From Candidatus Woesebacteria bacterium GW2011_GWF1_31_35 (GTDB lineage Bacteria; Patescibacteriota; Microgenomatia; UBA8517), in contig CP011214.1 of NCBI GenBank assembly GCA_001029755.1, positions 711,258 to 775,257 on the forward strand: a stretch of DNA of 64,000 nucleotides. Direction: 5' to 3'. The notes under the pieces are model-generated. The model ran no database searches, was not told the DNA's origin, and saw only the letters and a program-made list of their open reading frames with translations. Positions 36,727-45,256 of the stretch are shown piece after piece. Position 1 is the stretch's first letter. The number at the start of each line of letters is the position of its first letter. The position numbers and the translations under genes were made by a program.

Positions 36727-37980
36727 TTAATCTTCTCTTTTAATGGAAGCTCCAAGAGAAGTCAAGCGGTTTTGGATATCTTCGTAACCTCTATTTACTA
36801 CTTCTACATTTTCAATTGTACTAGTTCCTTCAGCTACCATGGCTGCTAGTATTACTGAAATTCCAGCTCTTATATCTTTACAAAAGAGTCTGTCTGAAAT
36901 TAATTTTGTAGGACCTGACACAATTACCCTATGAGGATCAGCAATTAAAATATTAGCTCCCATTCCTATTAAATCATCTACAAAAAACATTCTCCATTCA
37001 TACATCCAATCGTGACATAGAATTGTACCTTCAGTTTGTGTGGCAAGAACTATAAACGGACTCATTAAATCTGTTGGAAACCCTGGCCATGGACGGGTTT
37101 GAAACTTTCTTCTTTGGGCTTTTAATTTTGAAGGTAGAATAACTAAACTTTCTTTTTCAATCTCATATTTAATACCCATATTACCTAGATAATTTAGAAT
37201 CATATGATAATTATTTATATTAAAATCATTAATTTTTACTTTCCCTCCAGTTATTGCTGAAGCTATTGCAAATGTACCACCTTCAATGTGATCAGGCATT
37301 ACTTTATGTTCAGCTCCATGTAAGTTTCCTCCAGAGCAAACTAAAGTATTAGTTCCAATTCCTGAAATTTTAGCTCCCATCTTACACAAAAACTTGGCCA
37401 AATCTTCTACATGAGGTTCTGCTGCTGCATCCTCAATTATTACCTCTTCATTCATTGAAGATGCCATAATAAGTCCCATTTCAGTCGCTGTAACCGAAGC
37501 TTCTTCTAAAAATACTCTACCAGATAATCTTTTATCCCAAGAAAGATAAAACTTTCCATCTTTTCTTTCAAAATTTACCCCCAGTTTTTGCATTAAATTA
37601 AAATGGGTATCAAGAAGTCTATCTCCTATTTGATCCCCCCCAGGAGGAGTTATTACTGCCCTTCCGAAACGAACTAAAAGCGGAGCTGCTAAAACCACAG
37701 ACGCGCGAAGTTTGGCACATAAATCAGAATCTGGTTCAAATGAATTTAATCCCGATGGATCAATTTCAACCACATTTTTCTCAAAAGTAACTTTTGCTCC
37801 CAATTTTTCAATAATTTGCAAAATTACTCTAACATCTGAAATATCAGGAACATTAGTTAAAACAGATTTTTCTGTTGAGGCTAAACAGGCAGGGATAAGT
37901 TTAAGTGCAGAATTTTTGTTTCCAGAAAGTTTTATTTCACCTTCTAGTTTATTTCCTCCTTTAATTAAAAACTTTGCCAT
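36727..37980 (-). CDS. murA: UDP-N-acetylglucosamine 1-carboxyvinyltransferase, with Asp in place of the fosfomycin-target Cys
   Basis: MAKFLIKGGNKLEGEIKLSGNKNSALKLI is the MurA N-terminus. The loop PPGGDQIGDRLLDTH aligns to E. coli PGGCTIGARPVDLH, so Cys115 is replaced by Asp. The track start at 38043 is TTG and would overlap ftsI by 47 nt, so I used the ATG at 37980. Confidence 0.85.
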   Translation of the reverse strand: MAKFLIKGGNKLEGEIKLSGNKNSALKLIPACLASTEKSVLTNVPDISDVRVILQIIEKLGAKVTFEKNVVEIDPSGLNSFEPDSDLCAKLRASVVLAAPLLVRFGRAVITPPGGDQIGDRLLDTHFNLMQKLGVNFERKDGKFYLSWDKRLSGRVFLEEASVTATEMGLIMASSMNEEVIIEDAAAEPHVEDLAKFLCKMGAKISGIGTNTLVCSGGNLHGAEHKVMPDHIEGGTFAIASAITGGKVKINDFNINNYHMILNYLGNMGIKYEIEKESLVILPSKLKAQRRKFQTRPWPGFPTDLMSPFIVLATQTEGTILCHDWMYEWRMFFVDDLIGMGANILIADPHRVIVSGPTKLISDRLFCKDIRAGISVILAAMVAEGTSTIENVEVVNRGYEDIQNRLTSLGASIKRED

Positions 37981-37996
37981 GTAAGTAATATTATAC

Positions 37997-39664
37997 CTAA
38001 TTTTCAGGCTGAATGCCAAAATAGTTAAAAAGATCCTTTGCAATCGAATACCAAAGAGGAGCCGCGGTTTCTGAAGCCCACTGAGAACTTTGTGGCTCTT
38101 TTAAAGTCACCAGCATAATAAATTTAGGATTATTAGCTGGAGCAAAACCTACAAAGCTAGCAATTGTTTTTTCAGCATCATAATGACCAGAAATTGGAAT
38201 TTGAGCAGTTCCAGTTTTACCAGCAACACTAAACCCTTTTAAATTTGTCCATTTAGATTCTCCATAGGAAGCAGCATCAACCATTATTGCAGTCATTTTT
38301 TGAGAAGCATCTTCTGAAATAATTTTTTCTTTTGTAAATGAATTATTGTTTTCAACTACCTTAGGAGTTATTAGATATCCTCCATTGGCAATAACCGAGG
38401 CTGCTCGAATAATTTGAATCGGGGTTGTGGCAATTCCTTGTCCGAATGATGCTGTGACTAAATCTACAATATTCCACGTCCATTTTTTACGTAAAGAAAT
38501 ATTAGATTCTCCTTGTAAATCAATGTTTGTTGCTTTTCCAATTCCAAATTTATCCAAATAATCATAAAGTAAGTTATTTCCTAATTTTTGTGCAACAAAA
38601 CTCATTCCAACATTGTCTGAATGAACAATTACATCTCTCATTGTAGAATCTGGATAATATTTTTTATCCCACGTTTCAATAAAATATTTATCTACTTTTA
38701 AAGGACCTGTACATATATCACAAATTGTGTCGGGTTTTACTACCTTAGCATCAAGTGCAGCTGCCATAACTACAATTTTAAATACAGAACCAGGTTCAAA
38801 TGTATCAGAAATTACTGGATTCCTATAAAGAGAACCATCAAATTCATTATATTTCGCTGGATCATATGATGGATATGAACTCATTCCTAATATTTTTCCT
38901 GTAAAAGGATCCATCACTACAACAGATCCCTCTTTTGCCCCATACTTTTCAATCCCTTCTTTTAGTTTTTCCTCAATTGAATTTTGGATTCTTTTATCAA
39001 TAAAGGTAATAAGATCAGTTCCTGCCAAAGAAGTCATTTCAGAAACTCCACCAGAAAGAAGAGGAACGCCTCTTAAATCTTTTTCTCTTTGAATATAACC
39101 ACTTTTTCCAGAAAGCAGAATATCATAAAATCCCTCTAATCCAAAATAACCGGTATCGTTTCCCTCGTCATTTTTGCCTACAAAACCTAAAAGTTGTGCG
39201 GAAGAAGATCCTTCTGGATAATATCTATTTTCTTCAGTTTCAAAACCAAGCCCAGTAATTCTTAAGTTTTCAATTTTTTCTTTTATATCAGCAGTAATTT
39301 TATGTCTTATTGGAACCCAAACTACACCGTCCCTATTTAGTATTTTTTCTATCCTATCAATTTCAATAAGAATATCTTCTTGTGGAACTAAAAAAGGTGC
39401 AATTAAATTAGCAATTTCGTTTGTGGGTTTGGATAATTTAGGTAATTCCGCAAAAAGTAACCAGTTAGTGCGTGTTACAGCCAACCAAGTACCATCATTT
39501 GCATAAATGTTTCCTCTTGAAGCCTCAATTTTCTTTGAACCGGAGTATTGTAAACTTGCTTCCTGACTTAATTCTTTACCTTTAACTATTTGCCAATAAA
39601 ATAATCTAACTGAGACCGAAGCAAAAAATAGAAAAAATACAAAAGCAGCAATTTTAAGTCGCAT
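37997..39664 (-). CDS. ftsI: penicillin-binding protein, class B transpeptidase (FtsI/PBP2-type)
   Basis: An N-terminal TM helix, a dimerisation domain and the transpeptidase motifs SVFK (SxxK), HSDN (SxN) and KTGT are present. Confidence 0.85.
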   Translation of the reverse strand: MRLKIAAFVFFLFFASVSVRLFYWQIVKGKELSQEASLQYSGSKKIEASRGNIYANDGTWLAVTRTNWLLFAELPKLSKPTNEIANLIAPFLVPQEDILIEIDRIEKILNRDGVVWVPIRHKITADIKEKIENLRITGLGFETEENRYYPEGSSSAQLLGFVGKNDEGNDTGYFGLEGFYDILLSGKSGYIQREKDLRGVPLLSGGVSEMTSLAGTDLITFIDKRIQNSIEEKLKEGIEKYGAKEGSVVVMDPFTGKILGMSSYPSYDPAKYNEFDGSLYRNPVISDTFEPGSVFKIVVMAAALDAKVVKPDTICDICTGPLKVDKYFIETWDKKYYPDSTMRDVIVHSDNVGMSFVAQKLGNNLLYDYLDKFGIGKATNIDLQGESNISLRKKWTWNIVDLVTASFGQGIATTPIQIIRAASVIANGGYLITPKVVENNNSFTKEKIISEDASQKMTAIMVDAASYGESKWTNLKGFSVAGKTGTAQIPISGHYDAEKTIASFVGFAPANNPKFIMLVTLKEPQSSQWASETAAPLWYSIAKDLFNYFGIQPEN

Positions 39665-39696
39665 TTTAAATAATATAATCTTAGAAAATTTAAAAA

Positions 39697-39975
39697 TTAA
39701 CGAACAGGAAGTTTGGCAAAACCACTATCAACCGAAAAATAATAAACTCTAGTAGGTTTAGCAAAACCCAATTCTTGTGCAATTTTTTGATTACTCTTTT
39801 CAGAATTTTGACTAAATATCCCTTCCGAAAGATTCATCTTTTGTGTAGAAGCCGTCTCTAATTCATCTTCTAATTTCGCAATTTCAGCACCTCTTCCTGC
39901 CTGTTCTATTCCTAAGAATACTAAAGATGCAAAAAGTACTAAATTAATTCCTAATATTATTTTTAATTTTTTCAT
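39697..39975 (-). CDS. ftsL: FtsL/DivIC-like cell division protein
   Basis: The 92-aa protein has a single TM helix followed by a short coiled coil (EIAKLEDELE). It sits between rsmH and ftsI as in canonical dcw clusters. Confidence 0.5.
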   Translation of the reverse strand: MKKLKIILGINLVLFASLVFLGIEQAGRGAEIAKLEDELETASTQKMNLSEGIFSQNSEKSNQKIAQELGFAKPTRVYYFSVDSGFAKLPVR

Positions 39976-40021
39976 AATTTTTTATTTCAAGCCCTGCTTT
40001 TAATGTAATCACAAGCTCCGC

Positions 40022-40855
40022 TTATAATTTCTTTTCTAAAATATATAACTTTGCACTCCTTGATTTTTGATTATTAAAAATTTCTTCCTGACTTGGTAAA
40101 ACTACTTCACCTTTACCTTTAAAAAAATCTTTAACAATTCTTTCTTCACCCGAATGAAAAGTTATTACTAAAAGTCTCCCACCATTTTCTAAAAGGTTAA
40201 AAGCTTTTGGTAATACCTCTTCTAAATTTTCAAGTTCACTATTAACTGCAATTCTTAAGGCTAACATGGGTAGTGTTGCTGGATTTAAACTTCGTTTATG
40301 TGGCAAATCTTCTAAACATAAATTTAATTCTCCAACTGTTGTAATAGGCCTAACATTAACTATTCTTTCAGCAATTTTTTTTGCGTTAGCAAAATTAACA
40401 ATCTTTGCAAAAAGATTTGTCAATTGAGTTTTATCTAAAACATTTAATAAATCTGATGCCTTCACCCCTTGTGAGTTAGGATTAAGTCTCATATCAAGAG
40501 CTTGACTAGAATCACTAAATGAAAACCCTCTATTGTCTTCTTTTAGATGAATGTTTGAAACTCCTAAGTCAAGTAAAATTCCGGTAACTTTACTAAAATT
40601 ATTTTCTTTAGCAATTTTATCTATATTGGTAAAATTTTCTAATACAAATTTGCCCGTTTCTTTTAATCTATCTTTAGCAATTGCTAAAATTTTAGGATCT
40701 CTTTCAATCCCCAGGACTTTACCACCTAAATTAATAATTGCTTGACTATGACCACCTGTTCCTAAAGTTGCGTCTATTATTTGTGAACTTTTATTAATGT
40801 GCAAACTCTTTATAACTTCTTTAACCATTACCGACTCGTGGTAATTATTTTTCAT
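40022..40855 (-). CDS. rsmH: 16S rRNA (cytosine1402-N4)-methyltransferase
   Basis: YHESVMVKEVIKSL...IIDATLGTGGHSQAI is the RsmH/MraW signature. The gene is second in the dcw cluster. Confidence 0.9.
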   Translation of the reverse strand: MKNNYHESVMVKEVIKSLHINKSSQIIDATLGTGGHSQAIINLGGKVLGIERDPKILAIAKDRLKETGKFVLENFTNIDKIAKENNFSKVTGILLDLGVSNIHLKEDNRGFSFSDSSQALDMRLNPNSQGVKASDLLNVLDKTQLTNLFAKIVNFANAKKIAERIVNVRPITTVGELNLCLEDLPHKRSLNPATLPMLALRIAVNSELENLEEVLPKAFNLLENGGRLLVITFHSGEERIVKDFFKGKGEVVLPSQEEIFNNQKSRSAKLYILEKKL

Positions 40856-41279
40856 TTTTACTTAAATTTTCAATATACTCTTTAGTTGTTTGTGCCAATT
40901 TAGTTGATTTCTCGTCCCAAACTGTCTTTGGCCAAACCTCAACTCTGTCTATTAATCCTACAAAACAAATTTCTTTTTCAAATTTTGCATACTCAGCTAA
41001 TATTTCAGGGATTATGATTCTACCTTGCTCATCCGGCTTTTGCTCAAAGGCAGATCCTAAAATAAACCTTTCGATATCTCTAACCCCCAAATCTCTTGCT
41101 CTTTTACCTCCTGTTAGTCTAGTTGATAGATTTTCCCAAAAATCTGAGCTTACTAAAATTAGACAATCCTCATACCATTTGGCTAAGATAGGGTTATCTC
41201 CTAATTCATTTATAAATTTTTTAGGTACCGCGACTCTACGTCTGTCGCTTAATATTCCCAAATAGGTTCCTATTAACAT
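40845..41279 (-). CDS. mraZ: transcriptional regulator MraZ
   Basis: MLIGTYLGILSDRRRVAVPKKFINEL aligns with the MraZ N-terminus (MFMGEYxHxIDxKGRxxVPAKFRExL) and the protein carries two DXXXR-type repeats. The track start at 41306 is GTG and the internal ATG at 41279 fits the family N-terminus. Confidence 0.8.
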   Translation of the reverse strand: MLIGTYLGILSDRRRVAVPKKFINELGDNPILAKWYEDCLILVSSDFWENLSTRLTGGKRARDLGVRDIERFILGSAFEQKPDEQGRIIIPEILAEYAKFEKEICFVGLIDRVEVWPKTVWDEKSTKLAQTTKEYIENLSKNEK

Positions 41280-41387
41280 AAATTTACTTTCTTGGGCAGG
41301 AACCACTTTTCACCACTACAAACCATTTTGATATCTTTTCACAACGATGTCAAGAGGTATTTCACGAAGAATTATGTAACTTAAGTA
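41280..41387 (-). promoter_or_regulatory. dcw-cluster leader holding a TTGACA -35-like hexamer and three direct GTGAAA(A) repeats, a candidate MraZ operator/promoter
   Basis: The minus-strand sequence reads CTTCGTGAAATACCTCTTGACATCGTTGTGAAAAGATATCAAAATGGTTTGTAGTGGTGAAAAGTGG. The GTGAAA copies are spaced 23 and 29 bp apart and the last copy contains AAAGTGG. Confidence 0.3.
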
Positions 41388-42059
41388 TTATTTATAGAAG
41401 ATATTTGCACCAACTTTTTGCCAGCCTTCAGCCGTGCCTGAAGGAAGTGTATCTGAAGCAAAAATTCCGTAAGGACCAGAGGTAACTGTTGATGGTCCGC
41501 CACTTATGAATCCAAAAGTTTCCATTGTTACAAAAAACATACCTTTTGGTTTTTTATCCAATGTATACTTAAAAGTATCATCAATTGAGGTTAATTCTAA
41601 ATCTATTGACTGTAGATGAAACTTAGTAGAAAATTTTGCTAATAATTTTCCTTTAGAATCTCTTAATCTTATAGTTAAACTACCATCATTTACACCCTCA
41701 TCATATCTAAACTTACCAGAAGACTCGGAGCCTAACAAAAGCTTCCTCTCAATCTCTGTAGCCCCTTTTAAATCGATGTTACCAGGTACACCTTGTGTTC
41801 TACCATCTGGAAGCGAATATAAAAGCTCATAATCGAGAGATGTAACTTTGGCAAGTTTAATTTTTTCAATTTTTAGAGTTAAATAATGACCATCAGAAGT
41901 TGGAGTTAGCGAAGCTACTGGTCTATCAGAAAGACCTACTTCAATAACAGCATTAGAATCATCTACAGGAGTTGCTCTACCCTTTTTAATAAATACAAAA
42001 ACTAAAACTAAGATAAGAAGACCTGCTACAAAAAGAATTATCGGCAAGATTTTTTTCAT
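41388..42059 (-). CDS. hypothetical signal-anchored exported protein
   Basis: The N-terminus MKKILPIILFVAGLLILVLVFVFI is a signal anchor and the rest is a soluble beta-rich sequence with no motif. Confidence 0.35.
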   Translation of the reverse strand: MKKILPIILFVAGLLILVLVFVFIKKGRATPVDDSNAVIEVGLSDRPVASLTPTSDGHYLTLKIEKIKLAKVTSLDYELLYSLPDGRTQGVPGNIDLKGATEIERKLLLGSESSGKFRYDEGVNDGSLTIRLRDSKGKLLAKFSTKFHLQSIDLELTSIDDTFKYTLDKKPKGMFFVTMETFGFISGGPSTVTSGPYGIFASDTLPSGTAEGWQKVGANIFYK

Positions 42060-42126
42060 CTATATATATTTATCCATTTTTTTATAAGAAGTGTCAAGAT
42101 GTAAGTTTTTGTGCTAGTATGTTTTT

Positions 42127-42498
42127 GTGGCTATAAAAAAGATTTATTACAATAAATTAGTTAGAGATAAAATTCCTGAAATTATAAAATTAAAAGACGC
42201 AAAGGCAAAATTTAGAAAACTTACTCCAAAACAATTTAAAAAATACTTACTGCTTAAGGTTGAAGAAGAAGCAAGCGCATTAAAAACAATAAAATCAAAA
42301 GAAGAAATTACAAATGAACTGGCAGACGTTATTGAAGTTATAGAAGAAATAAAAAAATTCATGAAAATATCTGAAAATGAAATAGAAATTGAAAGAAAAA
42401 AGAATATGGATAAAAAAGGAGGTTTTAATAAAAAATTATTTTTAATTTGGTCAGAAGATACCGGATATAAAACAAATGAAAAAAGAAATGCTAAATAA
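42127..42498 (+). CDS. MazG-like / HisE-like all-alpha NTP pyrophosphohydrolase family protein
   Basis: YNKLVRDKIPEII, ELADVIEVIEEI and KKGGFNKKLFL match the small (about 100-120 aa) family often annotated as phosphoribosyl-ATP pyrophosphohydrolase-like. Confidence 0.6.
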   Translation: MAIKKIYYNKLVRDKIPEIIKLKDAKAKFRKLTPKQFKKYLLLKVEEEASALKTIKSKEEITNELADVIEVIEEIKKFMKISENEIEIERKKNMDKKGGFNKKLFLIWSEDTGYKTNEKRNAK

Positions 42499-43779
42499 TT
42501 ACTTTAATTTCTCTGAAAAATAAGAATCAAGTTTTGAAATTTCAAACCTATCCTGTTTTCCAGTATCCCTATCTCTAACTGTTACCTTCTCATCTTCCAG
42601 TGTTTGGAAATCAACAGTAACACACCACGGAGTTCCTATCTCATCCTGTGCAAAATAACGTTTACCAATATTTCCTCTATCATCCCAAATAACTACAAGA
42701 TTTTCCTTTAACTTCTCATATATTCCTTTTGCTTTTTTGACCAATTCTTCTTTGTTTGCAAGAAGTGGAAAAACAGCAACTTTATATGGAGCAAGTTTAG
42801 GACTTAATTTTAAGTAAACCCTTCCCTCGTCCTCTCTGTATGAATCAATCAGGAAAAAAAGTGTTGCTCTATCTACTCCCCCTGAAGTCTCAATTACCCA
42901 AGGAGTATAAACTTCACCAGAAATATTATCCCTATAACTTAAATTATGATTTTTTAAATCAAAATCACCTCTATGATGAATTCCTTCCATTTCGCTCCAA
43001 CCAAAAGGTGATTCATATTCTATATCTGTTGCATATTTTGCATAATGAGCCCTTTTTTCAGGTGCATGGTCTGCAAAATGCAATTTTTTCTCATCCATTC
43101 CTAAATTTATATACCAATCCATTCTTATCTTTTTTAATTCTTCATAAGTTTTCTCACTTATTTTTTCGTCTGGTTTAACAAAATACTCAAGTTCCATTTG
43201 CTCAAATTCACAAGACCTGAATGTAAAATTTCCTGGGGTTACTTCATTTCTAAATGCTTTACCAATCTGGGCAATACCAAATGGAATTTTTACTCTTGTT
43301 GAATTAACTATGTTTTCAAAATTAACAAAAGCTCCTTGGGTTATTTCACCTCTTAAATATGCTTTATTTTTTGGTTCAGTTGTTCCTAATAAAACTTCTG
43401 TCATTAAATTGAAAGTTTTTTCTTCGGCCCAATCTGATTTACCATCATGTTCTTTTTCGTGATTTTTCAAAATATTTTCTTGATCTCCTCTAAATCTTTT
43501 ATGACAAATCTTACATTCAACTAAAGGATCAGAAAAAGCTTTTAAGTGTCCTGATTTTTCCCAAACGATTGGATTCATTACAATTGAAGCATCAATTCCC
43601 ACAACATCATCTCTTTTATAGACCATTGTCTTCCACCACTCATTTTTAATATTTTTCTTTAATTCAACCCCCATTGGGCCATAATCCCAAAAACCTTGAT
43701 AGCCGCCATAAATTTCACTACTTTGGAAGATAATTCCACGTCTTTTAGCTAAGCTAGTAATTTTTTCCATTAAATCCAT
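42499..43779 (-). CDS. glyQS: glycyl-tRNA synthetase, alpha2 dimeric type
   Basis: MEKITSLAKRRGIIFQSSEIYGGYQGFWDYGPMGVELKKNIKNEWW is the diagnostic N-terminus of class II GlyRS (alpha2), with class II motifs 2 and 3 and a C-terminal anticodon-binding domain. Confidence 0.9.
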   Translation of the reverse strand: MDLMEKITSLAKRRGIIFQSSEIYGGYQGFWDYGPMGVELKKNIKNEWWKTMVYKRDDVVGIDASIVMNPIVWEKSGHLKAFSDPLVECKICHKRFRGDQENILKNHEKEHDGKSDWAEEKTFNLMTEVLLGTTEPKNKAYLRGEITQGAFVNFENIVNSTRVKIPFGIAQIGKAFRNEVTPGNFTFRSCEFEQMELEYFVKPDEKISEKTYEELKKIRMDWYINLGMDEKKLHFADHAPEKRAHYAKYATDIEYESPFGWSEMEGIHHRGDFDLKNHNLSYRDNISGEVYTPWVIETSGGVDRATLFFLIDSYREDEGRVYLKLSPKLAPYKVAVFPLLANKEELVKKAKGIYEKLKENLVVIWDDRGNIGKRYFAQDEIGTPWCVTVDFQTLEDEKVTVRDRDTGKQDRFEISKLDSYFSEKLK

Positions 43780-43793
43780 TTTCTTATTATATG

Positions 43794-44462
43794 TTATTTT
43801 TGAATTACTTTGAAATATTCTTCTTTTAATAATCTTTTAAAGAACAAAAACATAATCTCTTTGTTCTTTGTTTGTGAAACGTGAGCTTTTATTGCTTTAA
43901 TCTTAGTATCTAAATAAGAACTTACATCTACGGCTAAATCCATATCATTTTTGTCTAAACCTTCAGGAAAATAGACAAAGTATTTATTTCCCATTAATTT
44001 TTTAATACTTTTAAGATGTGTAAAATATAATATTTGTTTAACAAATTTAAGTCTTTCAAAAAGGTATGATGTTTGCATAGAAACAGCAATATGATCTAAA
44101 TGTCCTGAAACACCATTCATATTATAAGTAAGAAGTGTGTCAGGTTTTATATCAAAAAGTATTTTTTCAATTTTCTCAACAACCAAATGATAATTATTAT
44201 TATTTAAAGTCCCATCATCAAAACCCAATAGGTAGAGATTATTGTTGTTTATTCCAAGAATTTTAGTTGATTTTTGAAGTTCTTTTTTTCTTATTTCACC
44301 CAATTCACTACTACCATTAGCGTTTCCTGAAGTAACACAAATTAGATAAACCTTACACCCTTCTTTCAAAAAATGGACAATTGTCCCTCCCGGTCCCATT
44401 GCTTCATCGTCAGGATGAGCAAAAATACAAACAATTTTTTTAGGTGGTATCATTTTGTTCAT
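43794..44462 (-). CDS. PIG-L/LmbE-family N-acetylglucosaminyl deacetylase
   Basis: IVCIFAHPDDEAMGPGGTI is the AHPDDE Zn-binding signature, and a downstream HxxH is present. Confidence 0.8.
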   Translation of the reverse strand: MNKMIPPKKIVCIFAHPDDEAMGPGGTIVHFLKEGCKVYLICVTSGNANGSSELGEIRKKELQKSTKILGINNNNLYLLGFDDGTLNNNNYHLVVEKIEKILFDIKPDTLLTYNMNGVSGHLDHIAVSMQTSYLFERLKFVKQILYFTHLKSIKKLMGNKYFVYFPEGLDKNDMDLAVDVSSYLDTKIKAIKAHVSQTKNKEIMFLFFKRLLKEEYFKVIQK

Positions 44463-45004
44463 TGTAAAATCTTTTTACCGACTCGGAAAGAGTTAATTTG
44501 CCTTTCAACAACTTCTTCCAAAACCATGTCTGCATCTATTAATTTTTTATTTTCTGGCCAGTATCCTAATTCCTTTAATAATTCATATAAAAACTCATGT
44601 CTTAATTTTTTTAGTTTAGTTTCATTTTCTAATCTGCAAAGAAATACTGTTAATAAATTAAAAACATTATTATGGATTTCGTCTTCTCTTGTTATCTTTG
44701 TTATTACTTCGCAAAAATAATATGCAAGTGATATTTTATTCAAATTGGTTCTTATTTTTGAAAAAGTATTTATTGTTTCGACCTCAGTGATAATATCCAT
44801 TCCATGTCCTCTTGAGGCTGAAAATTTAATATGACTAAATACTTCTAAATGTCCTCTTTTTTTGGATTTTAATTTCCTTATTCCTTTGGCGAGCAAACTT
44901 ATCTTTCCGTATGATTTACTAAAACAGGTAAGTATTCTGTCTGCCTCTGAATAGTTTTTTCGAGCTAGTATTATTCCTTCTGAAGAATAAGTCCTAATTT
45001 TCAT
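44459..45004 (-). CDS. recO: DNA repair protein RecO (short form)
   Basis: SEGIILARKNYSEADRILTCFSKSYGKISLLAKGIRKLKSK matches the RecO N-terminal OB-fold consensus (EGIVL...GExDxIV...G...AKGARR.KS). At 181 aa it has a shortened C-terminal domain. Confidence 0.6.
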   Translation of the reverse strand: MKIRTYSSEGIILARKNYSEADRILTCFSKSYGKISLLAKGIRKLKSKKRGHLEVFSHIKFSASRGHGMDIITEVETINTFSKIRTNLNKISLAYYFCEVITKITREDEIHNNVFNLLTVFLCRLENETKLKKLRHEFLYELLKELGYWPENKKLIDADMVLEEVVERQINSFRVGKKILQ

Positions 45005-45244
45005 TTAGGCAAATTTCATGCTTTCCAAGTTACTAACTCTTTCTTCTAGTTTATCAACTCTTCTTACTGATGATTCATTTATAGCAACTTCTGCAATTCT
45101 TTGGGATAGATCATTTTTTGCTTTTGTAATTCTTATTGCAGTTCTTTTTTCAGAGCGAGATATTTCTATCTTTAAACCATCTTGAGTCACAACACCATAT
45201 TCCTTAAATGCCTTAATAAGATCAATTTTTGTAAGAGATTGCAT
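45005..45244 (-). CDS. hypothetical small protein (79 aa)
   Basis: ORF track entry between recO and the DUF4012-like gene, with no motif. Confidence 0.3.
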   Translation of the reverse strand: MQSLTKIDLIKAFKEYGVVTQDGLKIEISRSEKRTAIRITKAKNDLSQRIAEVAINESSVRRVDKLEERVSNLESMKFA

Positions 45245-45256
45245 ATTTTTAATATA

